A DNA stretch of 64,000 nt from an uncultured Candidatus Binatia bacterium (GCA_965242525.1 OZ251459.1:256001-320000), one strand, 5' to 3'; counted from the stretch's first letter, positions 26,096 to 36,650 are shown. Numbers and translations: made by a program. Notes: generated from the sequence alone by a model not told the origin.

Positions 26096-27367
26096 TTGAC
26101 CGCGTCGGCCGCCGCCGGGACGGCTCGGCTCAACCGCACCTACCCGTGGGTGGTGCTGGGCATCTCGTTCACCACCGTGGCGGCCGCCTTCGGGTGCCGC
26201 GGGGCGTTCGCCCTCTTCTTCGTGGCGGTGGTCGAAGAGTTCCAGTGGAGCCGCGGTCTCACCGCAGGCGCCCTGACCCTGGGGGCGGTTGCGTGGACCG
26301 TGTCGGCGCCGGTCTGGGGGCGCATGCTGGACCGCTTCGGTCCCAGGCTGGTGTTCCCCGCGGGCGCGGGCCTCATGGCCGCGGGTTTCGTGGTCAGCGG
26401 CATGACCGAGACCGTGTGGCAGTACTACCTGGGCATGGGGCTCCTGGTGGGCCTCGGCTTCGCCGCGTTGCCCATGACATCCCAGGCCACGGTCATCAGC
26501 AACTGGTTCGTCCGCAAACGCGGCATGGCCATGGGCGTCGCGGCTTCGGGGGTCGGCGCCGGCATCTTCCTCGTGGTGCCGGCCGCGGAGCGGCTGATCG
26601 TGGGGTTGGGGTGGCGCAACGCCTACCTGGTGCTGGCCGGGGTGATGCTGGCCGCGGTGGTGCCCCTCAACCTGTTCTTCCAGCGCCGCCGGCCCCAGGA
26701 CATGGGGCTGCGCCCGGACCTGGGCGCCACCGCGGTCGCCGGGCCGAAGGGCGCGGGCGCGGCCCGGACCGGCGGCTGGACCCTCGGCAGGGCGCTTCGC
26801 AGCTCCCGCTTCTGGATACTGGCCCTGGGATTCCTGCTGGGAGCGGTGCCCGTGCACATGGTGCTCGTGCACCAAGTGGCCGCCATGGTGGACGCGGGGT
26901 TCTCCCGGGAACTGGGGGCCGCGGTGTTGAGCCTCACGGGGCTCTTCACCGCCTTCAGCATGGTCGGCATGGGGATGCTCTCGGACCGCACCGGCCGGGA
27001 GTGGGCCTACACCATCGGCAGCGTGGCCCTGACGGGCGGCATCCTGCTCATCCTCTTCCTCGACAACGTTTCGGAGGTCTTCCTGGTGGGCCTGTACCCG
27101 CCGCTGTTCGCCGTGGGTTTCTCGTCGCGCCAGTCCCTCTACCCGACCATCGCCGCGGACATCTTCCACGGCCCCCATTTCGGTTCGATCATCGGCGCCG
27201 CGGCCATCTTCATCGGCGCGGGCTCGGGGGTGGGTCCCTGGCTGGCGGGCTACCTCCACGACCTTTCGGGCAATTACGCCAGCGCGTGCTGGACCGCCAT
27301 CGCCCTGGGCCTGCTGTCGTTGGCCTGCATCTGGGCCGCGGCGCCGAGGAAGGGAGTGGATCCCTGA
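26096..27367 (+). CDS. MFS transporter (OFA/MCT-like); start uncertain
   Basis: About 12 TM helices; motifs GRMLDRFGPR, ISNWFVRKRGMAMG and LSDRTGRE. Confidence 0.9.
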   Translation: MTASAAAGTARLNRTYPWVVLGISFTTVAAAFGCRGAFALFFVAVVEEFQWSRGLTAGALTLGAVAWTVSAPVWGRMLDRFGPRLVFPAGAGLMAAGFVVSGMTETVWQYYLGMGLLVGLGFAALPMTSQATVISNWFVRKRGMAMGVAASGVGAGIFLVVPAAERLIVGLGWRNAYLVLAGVMLAAVVPLNLFFQRRRPQDMGLRPDLGATAVAGPKGAGAARTGGWTLGRALRSSRFWILALGFLLGAVPVHMVLVHQVAAMVDAGFSRELGAAVLSLTGLFTAFSMVGMGMLSDRTGREWAYTIGSVALTGGILLILFLDNVSEVFLVGLYPPLFAVGFSSRQSLYPTIAADIFHGPHFGSIIGAAAIFIGAGSGVGPWLAGYLHDLSGNYASACWTAIALGLLSLACIWAAAPRKGVDP

Positions 27368-27381
27368 AGCGGGGCGACGCC

Positions 27382-28407
27382 ATGCCGAGCACATGGGTCA
27401 TCGACGCGCACCACCACTGGATGCCCGAGGAACACTACCGGAACCCCGGTCCGCTCGTCAGGGCGGGCGAGACCGTGGTCCGGAAGAAGGACCGGTTCGC
27501 CATACGCAAGGGAGGGGTGCAGCTCTTCGGTCCGCCCGCCATGACCGCGGACATGGCGGCACAGGTGGCGGAAATGGACCGGGTGGGGGTGCACCAGGCG
27601 GTGCTCCACGTGGGTTGCTGGCTGGACTGGATCGACGTTCCCGCGGCGCGCTTCCTGAACGACCGGATGGCCGAATTGGTCGAACGGTTCCCCGGACGCA
27701 TCATCCCCCTGGCCCACGTGCCGGCGCTGGAGGCGGGAGGCCGGCAGGAGCTGAAGCGCGCCGTAACGAAACTCGGTTTCCGGGGCGTGGGGATCAACAC
27801 CCACGTGCGCGGCGCGCTGCTGGACGACAGGCGCTACCGCCCCTTCTACCGGCTGGTCTCCGACCTGGACATACCGATCTTCGTGCATCCCTCCTCGGAG
27901 TTGCCGCTGGCCCGCCCTCACGGCATGGAGGCCTTCAACCTCACCCGGAATCTGGGCCGCGCCATGGACAACACCGTCAACATCGTGCGGCTCATGCTGA
28001 GCGGCACACTGGAGCGGTTCCCGAAGCTGCGCTTCGTCTTCACCCATCTGGGAGGGGCTTGGTTCGCGCTCCGCAACCGGCTCAACCCGTCGTTCTGGGA
28101 CAAGCGGGAGCAGGGGTACTTCGACCGGTTCCGGGACCGCATCTTCATCGACACGGCGCCGCCCTTCTGGCGTCCCGCGGAGATCCGCTTCGCCATGGAC
28201 ATGGTGGGCGAGGACCAGGTGCTCATGGGCAGCGACTTCCCCACCATCGACGGGCTCGGGGACGCGGTCTCCCTCGTTAGGTCGGTCAAGGCCGGCGCCG
28301 CAGCCAGGCGAAAGCTGCTGGGCGGCAACGCCGCCCGGTTGTTCCCGGAGAACCGCGTCCGGGAGCCGTCCCCGGCCATGGGGCGGCGCCCCGGGGGACC
28401 GCGGTGA
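27382..28407 (+). CDS. Amidohydrolase_2 family protein (ACMSD/decarboxylase-like)
   Basis: Motifs IDAHHH, IFVHP, LERFPKLRFVFTHLGG and MGSDFP. Confidence 0.9.
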   Translation: MPSTWVIDAHHHWMPEEHYRNPGPLVRAGETVVRKKDRFAIRKGGVQLFGPPAMTADMAAQVAEMDRVGVHQAVLHVGCWLDWIDVPAARFLNDRMAELVERFPGRIIPLAHVPALEAGGRQELKRAVTKLGFRGVGINTHVRGALLDDRRYRPFYRLVSDLDIPIFVHPSSELPLARPHGMEAFNLTRNLGRAMDNTVNIVRLMLSGTLERFPKLRFVFTHLGGAWFALRNRLNPSFWDKREQGYFDRFRDRIFIDTAPPFWRPAEIRFAMDMVGEDQVLMGSDFPTIDGLGDAVSLVRSVKAGAAARRKLLGGNAARLFPENRVREPSPAMGRRPGGPR

Positions 28408-29168
28408 AGGTCCTCATGTGCCCGCCGCTCCACCATGCGCCCGCGCCCGGGGAAGACGCGGCCGCGGTCATGGCCGAGTGGCGCGGGCTCTACCGCTTGC
28501 TGCGGGACGAGCTGGACGTGCAGGTGGACCTCCTGGAGCCCCGGCCCGGCCTGCCGAAGCTCGTGCTGACCGCGAGCGGCGGCTTCGTATGGGGCGACTC
28601 GTTCATCGCGAGCCGCCCCGGAGACCCTTCGAGACGCCCCGAGAGCGAGGCCGCGGCCAATTTCTTCCTGGTGCGGGGCTACCGCGTGCCGGCCCTGCCG
28701 GAAGGCTGCCGTTTCGACGGTCAACGGGACTTGGCGGTGGTGGGCGGGACGGTGTTCGCCGGGAATCGCTCGGACGAAGACCTGGACGCCCACCGGGCCC
28801 TGTCCGGCATCCTCGGACGCGAGGTCCGCTCGCTCCGCCTGTCCGACCACTGGGAGCATCCACTCGACGCCTGCTTGTGCCCGCTGGGCCAAGACGGCGC
28901 CCTGTTCCATCCGGACGCCCTGGAGCCGGCTGCGCGCAGGCTGCTGGAGGAACGCGTGCCGCGGCTCCGTGCGGTGGACCCGGCCGACGTGCGCCGCCTC
29001 GGATGCAACGCCTTGGCGGTGGGCCGGCGCGTGGTCCTGCCCGAGGGTTGCGGGGCTACCGTCCGCGAGCTGGAGAGGGAGGGCTTCCGGGTCCACGCCC
29101 TGCCGCTGGCCGCCTATGCCCGACAGGGCGCCGGACCCGGCGCCCTGGTCCTGAAGATCGGCGACTAG
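28404..29168 (+). CDS. Amidinotransferase/DDAH (pentein) family protein with a degenerate active site
   Basis: Motifs VLMCPP, PRPGLP, RRPES, HPLD and GCNA; the C-terminal catalytic-Cys motif reads QGAGPGAL. Confidence 0.78.
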   Translation: MKVLMCPPLHHAPAPGEDAAAVMAEWRGLYRLLRDELDVQVDLLEPRPGLPKLVLTASGGFVWGDSFIASRPGDPSRRPESEAAANFFLVRGYRVPALPEGCRFDGQRDLAVVGGTVFAGNRSDEDLDAHRALSGILGREVRSLRLSDHWEHPLDACLCPLGQDGALFHPDALEPAARRLLEERVPRLRAVDPADVRRLGCNALAVGRRVVLPEGCGATVRELEREGFRVHALPLAAYARQGAGPGALVLKIGD

Positions 29169-31477
29169 GCCGGCTGGCGGCGGTCGCGCAGGGCGCGCCA
29201 CATGCGCTCGGGGGTGATGGGAAGCTCGCGCACCCGGACGCCCACGGCGTCTTCGATGGCGTTGCCGATGGCGGGAGCCACGGGCATGAGGCCACCCTCG
29301 CCCAACCCCTTGGAGCCGTAGGGACCCGGGCCGTTGCCGTCCTCCACCATGATGGTCCGGAAGGTTTCCGGCATGCTCTCGAAAGACGGCAGGCGGTAGT
29401 CGATGAGGTTCGGGTTCAGCAGGTGGCCGTTCTCGTACTGCATCTCCTCCATGAGCGAGTGGCCGATGGCGAACATCACCGCGCCTTCGTCCTGGCCTTC
29501 GCACAGCAGCGGGTGCACGGCCTTGCCCACGTCCGCGGTGGACACGTACTTCAGGAGCTTGACCACTCCCGTATCCGGATCCACCTCCACCTCCGCGCCG
29601 CCCCAACTGGTCTCCCAGAAGGTCGTGGGGGAACCCAGGACCGCCTTCCGGCTGTGGACGTCCTGGTAGGTCCCCTTGGCCAGGAACTCGCCGCCCTTTG
29701 CGCCGAAGGTCCGGTTGAGCACCTGCTCGTAGCTCAGGCGCCTGCCCTTGTCCGCCCGCACGTGGCCGTCCTCGAACTTGACCTTGTCGGGCTTGCACCG
29801 GAACAGCCTGGCCGCGGCCTCGCGCAGTTGCCGTTTCAGGTCGGCCGCGGCGCGCTCCACGCACAGGCCCATGATGACCATGGAGCTGCTGGCGTTGGTG
29901 GCCGCGTCGTAGGGCGTGGAGTCGGTGTCGAGCTGGGCCACGGTGACCGCGTCCCAGGGCAGGGCCAACTCCTCGGCCACCACCTGGGCCAGGGCAGTGC
30001 GGCAACCCTGTCCCATCTCCACCGTGCCGGTGAACAGCACCGCGCTGCCGTCGGAGCTCATCTTGATGGCCGCGGACGCCACCTTGTAGGTGCCGCCGCC
30101 GTCCTTCATGCAGCAGCTCAGCCCCATGCCCCGGTTCCGCCCGCGGCTCTTCCCGCCCCATCCCAGGGCCTTGGCGGTGCGCCGCAGCCCGGCCTCCAGG
30201 TCGCAGTCCACCGGGGTGTCGCCCTTGGTGAAGACGTCGCCTTTCTTCAGCAGGTTGCGGACGCGGAACTCCACCGGGTCCATGCCGAGCTTGCGGGCGA
30301 TCATGTCCATCTGCGACTCGTACGCCCACGTGACCTGTAGCGTGCCGAAGCCGCGGAACGCTCCCGCGGGCACGGCGTTGGTATAGACCGTGTAGGCGTC
30401 CACCTTGACGTGGGGGATGCGGTAGGGGCCCGGCGCCCGGTAGCCGGCTTTCTGGGACACCCGCGGTCCGTAGTCGGCGTACGCGCCCGTGCCCATGAAG
30501 ACCTCGCATTCCCGGGCCACCAGCTTGCCGTCCCGGGTGACCCCGGTCTTGATGCGGAACCGGGCGGGGTGCCGGGTAATGGTCCGGAACGTCTCCTCCG
30601 ACGTGTGGGTGAGCTTCACCGGCTTGCCGGTCTTCCAGGCCAGGGCCGCGGCCAGGGGTTCGTTCTTTACCGAGAGCTTGCCGCCGTAGGCCCCGCCCAC
30701 GTGGGGCACGATGACCCGGACCCGGTTGATGGGGAGTGAGAAGAACTCCGCCATGTGGCGTTGCAGCGTGAACGGGTCCTGCGTGGAGGCCCAGAGCGTC
30801 AGGCAGCCGTCCTCCACATGGGCGATGGTGATGTGGGGCTCCAGCGGGTAGTGCTGGACCTGGGGGAAGGTGAAGGTGTCCTCAAAGACTTGGTGGGCCT
30901 TCTCGAAGCCCTTGTCCACGTTGCCCCGGGAGTAGCGGTAGGCGTAGCAGACGTTGGTGCCGCGGAACTCCTCGGGCACGCGGTAGGCGTGGCCGTGGAG
31001 TTCGTCCGCGTCCGCCACGTGCTCGTGGACCAGGGGCGCGTCCGGGGCCATGGCCTCGGCGATGTCCGTGACCGCGGGAAGCTCCCGGTACTCGGTCTCG
31101 ATGAGTTCCAGCGCTGCCGCGGCGGTGGCCTCGTCGTCCGCGGCCACCGCGGCCACCGGGTCGCCGGCGTAGCGGACCTTGTCCAGGGCCACCACGGTCT
31201 GGTCCTTGTAGGCGGAGCCGAAGTAGGGGTTCATGCCGTCGAGGGTCTCGCGGGTGAGCACCGCGGCCACCCCCGGCAGCGCCGCGACCTCGGCGGCGTC
31301 GATGCGCACCAGGCGCGCGTGGGGGAACGGACTGCGCAGCACCTTGGCGTGGAGCATGCCCGGGATCTCCAGGTCCATGGCGTACACGGCCTTGCCGGTG
31401 GCCTTGCCGACGCCGTCCACGCGCCGAGGGGACTTGCCGATGACCTGGTGTCCGATGACTTGGCGTCTCTTGCTCAC
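29165..31477 (-). CDS. Xanthine dehydrogenase family molybdopterin-binding (large) subunit
   Basis: Motifs KATGKAVY, LRSPFPHA, LEPH, GGAYGGK, AGAFRGFG and SKGLGEG. Confidence 0.93.
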   Translation of the reverse strand: MSKRRQVIGHQVIGKSPRRVDGVGKATGKAVYAMDLEIPGMLHAKVLRSPFPHARLVRIDAAEVAALPGVAAVLTRETLDGMNPYFGSAYKDQTVVALDKVRYAGDPVAAVAADDEATAAAALELIETEYRELPAVTDIAEAMAPDAPLVHEHVADADELHGHAYRVPEEFRGTNVCYAYRYSRGNVDKGFEKAHQVFEDTFTFPQVQHYPLEPHITIAHVEDGCLTLWASTQDPFTLQRHMAEFFSLPINRVRVIVPHVGGAYGGKLSVKNEPLAAALAWKTGKPVKLTHTSEETFRTITRHPARFRIKTGVTRDGKLVARECEVFMGTGAYADYGPRVSQKAGYRAPGPYRIPHVKVDAYTVYTNAVPAGAFRGFGTLQVTWAYESQMDMIARKLGMDPVEFRVRNLLKKGDVFTKGDTPVDCDLEAGLRRTAKALGWGGKSRGRNRGMGLSCCMKDGGGTYKVASAAIKMSSDGSAVLFTGTVEMGQGCRTALAQVVAEELALPWDAVTVAQLDTDSTPYDAATNASSSMVIMGLCVERAAADLKRQLREAAARLFRCKPDKVKFEDGHVRADKGRRLSYEQVLNRTFGAKGGEFLAKGTYQDVHSRKAVLGSPTTFWETSWGGAEVEVDPDTGVVKLLKYVSTADVGKAVHPLLCEGQDEGAVMFAIGHSLMEEMQYENGHLLNPNLIDYRLPSFESMPETFRTIMVEDGNGPGPYGSKGLGEGGLMPVAPAIGNAIEDAVGVRVRELPITPERMWRALRDRRQPA

Positions 31478-31553
31478 GTGGTTGCCTCCGTGCCGCGGAC
31501 GGCCGCCGGAGCCGCAGGCCGGTCCCCCGGGACCCGACGGGCGCGGGGTCCGC

Positions 31554-32873
31554 TCACGGGTGCCCGTCCAGCGGGTAGCTCTCCCGCACCCATGCCTCGG
31601 CCTGTTCCCGTGTCCGGAGGACCCCGTCGAGCTGGGCCTCTTCCACCGCCCCCAGCATGGCCGAGAACGACGGCCCCGGCGCGTAACCGAGCCGGATGAG
31701 GTCGCGCCCGCGCAGCAGCGGCTCCGGACTCACGTGTTCCCGGCCCAGCTCGGCCAGCTTCTGGCGGCAGAAGTCGTAGTAGCGCAGATCTCCGCTGGAT
31801 GAAAGCGCGTCGATGCGGCAGAGCTCCAGCAGCTCCTCGATGCCCTCTTCCCCGAGGAAGCGCTTCAGGGTGCTGAGGCGCATCTTCGGGGCCTGGGTGT
31901 AGTGCAGGTGGCAGCGCACCAGGTAGGCGACCCGGTCCGCCACCGCGCGGCTGCGCTTGAGACGGCGAAGGACCTTCACGGCCATGGCCGCCCCCTGCTC
32001 GGGATGCCCGTGGAACGTGACCCTGTCCCCCGCGGTCTGCCGGCACGCCGGCTTCGCCACGTCGTGCAGGAGGCAGCCGTAGGCGAGGGTCTCCGAGGGG
32101 CGGCGCAGGTGGCCCAGCAGCGTCAGCGTGTGGACGAAGACGTCCCCTTCGGGATGGTGGTCCGGCGTCTGGTCGACCCCCTTCATGGCGGCGATCTCCG
32201 GCAGGACCACCTCCAGCAGGCCGGTTTCGTCCAACAGTTCGAACCCCCTGCGGGCGCCTCCTTCCGTGAGCGTCCGGGTGATCTCCGCGCCGATCCGTTC
32301 CCAGGCCACGAGGGTGACGGCGGGGGCGTGGCTGCGGATGGCCGCCAGCGTCGCCTCGTCGATGGCGAAGCCCAGCCCGCAGGCCAAGCGGACGGCCCGG
32401 ACCATCCGCAACCGGTCTTCCGCGAAACGCTCGTGCGGGTCGCCGACCGCCCGGACCACGCCCTTGCGCAGGTCTTCCCGGCCGTCCACCAGGTCGATGA
32501 CGCGGTCGTCCACCGGGTCGTACATCATCGAGTTGATGGTGAAGTCCCGCCGCCGCACGTCCTCTTCCAGGGTGCCGTAGCGGACATGGACCGGATGGCG
32601 GCCGTCCAGGTAGGGGCCGTCGAAGCGGAACGTGGTGACCGCGAAGGGCTCGCCTTCCAGCACCACGAGGACCGAGCCGAACTTCGCCCCGACGGTGATG
32701 GTGTGGGGAAAGAGGCTCTGGATGGACTCGGGGGCGGCGTCGGTGGCGATGTCGTAGTCCGCGGGCTGCCGGCCCAGGAGCCGGTCGCGCACGCAACCGC
32801 CCGCGAGGTACGCCTGGCGCCCCGCCTCCCGGAGGTGCCGGATGATGGAGAGGGCCTTGTCCTGTTGTGACAC
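31554..32873 (-). CDS. CCA tRNA nucleotidyltransferase / poly(A) polymerase family protein with HD-like domain
   Basis: Motifs GGCVRD, DYDIAT, RRDFTIN, EDRLRMVRAVR, ERIGAE and LLHDVAKP. Confidence 0.92.
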   Translation of the reverse strand: MSQQDKALSIIRHLREAGRQAYLAGGCVRDRLLGRQPADYDIATDAAPESIQSLFPHTITVGAKFGSVLVVLEGEPFAVTTFRFDGPYLDGRHPVHVRYGTLEEDVRRRDFTINSMMYDPVDDRVIDLVDGREDLRKGVVRAVGDPHERFAEDRLRMVRAVRLACGLGFAIDEATLAAIRSHAPAVTLVAWERIGAEITRTLTEGGARRGFELLDETGLLEVVLPEIAAMKGVDQTPDHHPEGDVFVHTLTLLGHLRRPSETLAYGCLLHDVAKPACRQTAGDRVTFHGHPEQGAAMAVKVLRRLKRSRAVADRVAYLVRCHLHYTQAPKMRLSTLKRFLGEEGIEELLELCRIDALSSSGDLRYYDFCRQKLAELGREHVSPEPLLRGRDLIRLGYAPGPSFSAMLGAVEEAQLDGVLRTREQAEAWVRESYPLDGHP

Positions 32874-32913
32874 CGAAGGGGTCCTGTGGCCGGAGGGGCG
32901 CCGCCGGCGCCCC

Positions 32914-34224
32914 TCAGTTCCCGAGGTCGGCCTGTTCGAGGTTCCCGACCGCCACGAGTATGAGCTTATCCGGTTGCAGGTGTTTCCGGGCGGCCCGGAG
33001 GACGTCCTCCGCGGTGACGCTCCGGATCCGGTCCGGGTAGCGCCTGGCGTAGTCCGGTCCGAGCCCGAGGTACTCCACCTGCCCCAGGTAGTCGGCGACG
33101 TCGTCGTTGGTCTCCCACTGCAACGCGAAGCGTCCGGTCAGGTACGCCTTCGCGTCCCGGAGCTCCTGCCCGGTGACGCCGTCGCGCCGCATCCTCTCGA
33201 TCTCGGACCGGGCCGCCTCGGTGGCCTCCCGGGCGCTTTCGTTCCGGGTCTGCATGGCCAACTGGAAATACCCGGAGTTCTTGCCGGCGAAGAAATGGCT
33301 GTAGATGGAGTATGCGAGGCCGCGCCGGTTCCGGATGCTGTCCCCGAGCCGCGACGAGATGCTGTCGCCGCCCAGGACGTGGTTCATCACGCGGAGGGCG
33401 TAGTGGTCCCGGTCCCTTCGGAGGGGTCCTTCGTGCCCCATGACGAGGTTCGATTGGGTCAGGTTGCGGTCGATCCTGACCGCGGCCCGCCGGGGCGGAG
33501 GCAGGACCACCCCCGGGTCGGGCCGGCCGTCGCCCCTTTCCCAGCCCGCCAGGACGTCCGTGAGCTTTCGCGCCATCTCGTCGTGGGTGACGTCCCCGAC
33601 GGCCACGAGGATGCTCCGGTCGGGCCGGTAGTAGCGCCCATGGAAGTCCAGGACCGCGTCCCGGTCCAGGCCCCCGACCGAGTCCTCCGTGCCCGTCACC
33701 GGGCGCCCGTAGAAGTGGTCCGGGAAGAGGGCGGCCCGGAAGGCGTCCCGGGCCACGGCCCGGGGCCGGTCTTTCCTGGCCCGGATGGAGGCCATGAGGG
33801 ACTTCTTCACGCGCTCCACTTCCCCTGCGGGGAACGTGGCCGCGGTCAGCGCCTCGGCCATCAGGGCCAGCCCCGTGTCCAGGTCCTTCTTCAGGATGTT
33901 CAGGTTGACGGCGGCGAGCTCCCGGCCGCTGTCGGTCCAGAAGTGGGCGCCCATGCCCTCGACGAGGCCGCTTACCTGCATGGCGTCGCGCGTGGGAGTG
34001 CCCAGGGTCAGCAGTCTCGACGTGAGGTTGGCCAGGCCGTGCCGCGAGTCGGGGTCGTAGCGCGAGCCGGCCCGCGCCAGCAGGCGCACCGAGACGATGG
34101 GGAGCGCCGGCTGCTCGGAAGTGACCAGCACGAGTCCGTTGGGAAGGGTTGCGCGTTGGGCGTTCATGGCGGCGGCGGCAGGCCCCGCGAGCAGGCACAG
34201 CAGCAGCGGAAACCAGCGGGTCAC
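32914..34224 (-). CDS. M16 (pitrilysin) peptidase, non-catalytic partner subunit
   Basis: TLPNGL, GLANLT (no HxxEH), LGG...SRL...IRNRRGLAY; signal peptide; GTGA overlap with its partner. Confidence 0.9.
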   Translation of the reverse strand: MTRWFPLLLCLLAGPAAAAMNAQRATLPNGLVLVTSEQPALPIVSVRLLARAGSRYDPDSRHGLANLTSRLLTLGTPTRDAMQVSGLVEGMGAHFWTDSGRELAAVNLNILKKDLDTGLALMAEALTAATFPAGEVERVKKSLMASIRARKDRPRAVARDAFRAALFPDHFYGRPVTGTEDSVGGLDRDAVLDFHGRYYRPDRSILVAVGDVTHDEMARKLTDVLAGWERGDGRPDPGVVLPPPRRAAVRIDRNLTQSNLVMGHEGPLRRDRDHYALRVMNHVLGGDSISSRLGDSIRNRRGLAYSIYSHFFAGKNSGYFQLAMQTRNESAREATEAARSEIERMRRDGVTGQELRDAKAYLTGRFALQWETNDDVADYLGQVEYLGLGPDYARRYPDRIRSVTAEDVLRAARKHLQPDKLILVAVGNLEQADLGN

Positions 34225-35558
34225 AACTTCTCCCTCGGCTGGGGAACGAGTATGCCCACGGTCCGCCGGTCCCGGTCCAGGTGCTCCCGGGCCGCCCGGC
34301 GGACGTCTTCCGCGGTGACCCTCCGGATCCCTTCGATGTACCGGTTCATCCGGCGCCATCCTCCGGTCAGCTCGTAGAAGCCGAGGCGCATGGCCTGTCC
34401 GGAGTTGGACTGCTGGGCGAAGAGGAAGGCCGCGGCCACCTGGTTCCTGGCCTTGTCGAGTTCCGCCTGGGTGACGCCCGCCTCCCGGACCGCGGCGACC
34501 ACCTCGTCGATGGCCGCTTCCAGCTCCGCGGCTTCCTTTCCGGGCATGGCCTGGGCGCTGATAGCGAAGGTGGTCGGATCGACCGAGAGCCGATGGTAGC
34601 CCGCGTGGGCCGAGCGGGCGATGCGCCGGTCATAGACCAGATCCCGGTAGAGCCGGGACGTGCGCCCCCTGGACAGGACCATCTCCAGCACGTCCAGGGC
34701 GTAGCTGTCTTCGTGGCCCACGTTGGGTACGTGGTACTCCATCCGCAGCAGCGGAAACTCGGCCTCCTTCTCGAGCAGCAGGCGCCGCTCGCCGCGCTGG
34801 GGCGGCTCCCGGAGGGTTACGGGAGGAGGCTCCGGGCCCCGGGGAACCTTGCCGAAGGTCTCGCGGATCCGGCCCAGGATCTCCTCGCTCTCGAAGTCCC
34901 CCGCGACCACCAGGAAGGCGTTGTTGGGCGAATAGTAGGTCCGGTAGAACCCTTCCAGGTCCTCGATGGTCATCCGGCGCACGTCGTCCGGCCAGCCGAT
35001 GATGGGGCGGCGGTACGGGTGTACGATGTAGGCCACTGCGTTGGTGGCCTCGGCCAGCGACGCCCGGGGGGAATCGTCCACGCGCAGGCGCCGTTCCTCC
35101 TGCACCACGCGCTTCTCCGGCGTGAAGTGGGCGTCCTCGAAGCGGGCGTTGACCATGCGGTCGGCTTCCAGCTCGATGGCGACGCCGATGGTCTCCCGGC
35201 TCATGGTGGCGTGATAGACGGTGGCGTCGTTGGATGTGAACGCGTTGGAGCGGCCCCCGTGCTTCATGATGGTTCGGGTGTACTCTTCGGGCGCTGCCTT
35301 GTCCGTGCCCTTGAACATCATGTGCTCGAGGAAGTGGGCGATGCCGGTCTTGCCCTCCACCTCGTTGCGGGACCCCACCCGGTACCAGACCTGGAACGTG
35401 ACCGACGGACTCCTGTGGTTCTCCAGCAACAGCACCTTGAGGCCGTTGTCCAGAATCTCTTCCCGCACCTCCGGCATGCCCTGGAGCGCCGACGCTCCCC
35501 CCACCCCAGGGAGCAGGGTGACCCACATCAACCCGGCGAGGCCGCGTGTCCAGTCCAT
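34221..35558 (-). CDS. M16 (pitrilysin) zinc peptidase, catalytic subunit
   Basis: Motifs HFLEH (HxxEH), NAFT, LEADRM, EERR, HPY and YYSPNNA. Confidence 0.93.
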   Translation of the reverse strand: MDWTRGLAGLMWVTLLPGVGGASALQGMPEVREEILDNGLKVLLLENHRSPSVTFQVWYRVGSRNEVEGKTGIAHFLEHMMFKGTDKAAPEEYTRTIMKHGGRSNAFTSNDATVYHATMSRETIGVAIELEADRMVNARFEDAHFTPEKRVVQEERRLRVDDSPRASLAEATNAVAYIVHPYRRPIIGWPDDVRRMTIEDLEGFYRTYYSPNNAFLVVAGDFESEEILGRIRETFGKVPRGPEPPPVTLREPPQRGERRLLLEKEAEFPLLRMEYHVPNVGHEDSYALDVLEMVLSRGRTSRLYRDLVYDRRIARSAHAGYHRLSVDPTTFAISAQAMPGKEAAELEAAIDEVVAAVREAGVTQAELDKARNQVAAAFLFAQQSNSGQAMRLGFYELTGGWRRMNRYIEGIRRVTAEDVRRAAREHLDRDRRTVGILVPQPREKL

Positions 35559-35609
35559 GATCCTGAAAATAGCCGCCCGGGGGGTAAAGCGCAACCGGCG
35601 CCGGGGGTC

Positions 35610-36650
35610 TCAACCGCCGTTGTGTGCGCTCCACCGGCGCGGCATGAGGGAGCCGAGGCCGTGCCGCCGCATTCGTTCGATGAAGGTGGTGCGGTTCAGG
35701 TGGAGGAGGTTGGCGGCCGCGGTCCGGTTCCCGTGGGTGCGCTCCAGCGCCTGGACCATCATGTCGTGCTGGAAACGCTGGACGCAGGTGTCGATGTCGA
35801 GGCCGTCCCGCGGCAGGGTGAAGGGGTGGAGCAGGGTCTCGCGGCGGTGCGGCTTCATGCAGCCATCGAACTCGGGCAGGTCGTGGACGTGGATCTCACG
35901 GTGGTCGTTCAGGGTGATCAGGCGTTCGATCAGGTTCTCCACCTCCCTCACGTTGCCGGGCCAGTCATAGGCTTGCAGCCGCTCCATGGCGGTCCGGTGG
36001 ATGGTGCGTCGATGGCCGCGGCCGAAGCGTTTCAGGAAGTGCGCCACCAGGATGGGGATGTCCTCCCGGCGGTCCCGCAGCGGCGGCAACTCCAGGGACA
36101 GGATGGCGAGACGGTAGTACAGGTCTTCGCGGAACTGTCCCGCGGGGATCGCCGCTCGGAGGTCCCGGTTGGTGGCGGCGACGAAACGCGCATGGGTGCG
36201 CGTGGCCACGTCGCTCCCCAACGGGTTGAACTCGCGTTCCTGCAGTACCCGCAGGAGCTTCGCCTGGAGCCTGGGGCTGATCTCGCCGATCTCGTCCAGG
36301 AAGATGGTCCCTTCCCTGGCGGTCCCGAAACGCCCGGAGCGGGATTGCTGCGCGCCGGTGAACGCTCCCTTGACGTGGCCGAAGAGCTCGTTCTCCAACA
36401 GGTCGTCCGGTATGGCGCCGCAGTTCACGGCGACGAAGGGTTGCTCCGCGCGTCTGCTCCGGTCGTGGATGGTCCGGGCGATCAACTCCTTTCCCGTGCC
36501 GCTCTCTCCGGTGATGAGCACGGTGGAGTCGCTTGCGGCGATCCGGAGCGTCATCTCGAATACCTGCCGCATGGGCTTGCTCCGCCCGATCATGGAGTCG
36601 AACGTTGCGTATCCTCTTCCGTCCAGCGGGTCGTCCTTTACATGTTCCAT
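35610..36650 (-). CDS. Sigma54-dependent enhancer-binding protein (AAA+ plus Fis HTH, no N-terminal sensor), FleQ/FlrA-like
   Basis: Motifs [37 protein letters not shown] and WPGNVRE; [21 protein letters not shown]. Confidence 0.92.
   Translation of the reverse strand: MEHVKDDPLDGRGYATFDSMIGRSKPMRQVFEMTLRIAASDSTVLITGESGTGKELIARTIHDRSRRAEQPFVAVNCGAIPDDLLENELFGHVKGAFTGAQQSRSGRFGTAREGTIFLDEIGEISPRLQAKLLRVLQEREFNPLGSDVATRTHARFVAATNRDLRAAIPAGQFREDLYYRLAILSLELPPLRDRREDIPILVAHFLKRFGRGHRRTIHRTAMERLQAYDWPGNVREVENLIERLITLNDHREIHVHDLPEFDGCMKPHRRETLLHPFTLPRDGLDIDTCVQRFQHDMMVQALERTHGNRTAAANLLHLNRTTFIERMRRHGLGSLMPRRWSAHNGG

Noticed and set aside
2-31477. Either Mo-subunit as aerobic CO dehydrogenase CoxL
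   Set aside because: Both have AGAFRGFG, not the AYxCSFR (form I) or AYRGAGR (form II) loop.
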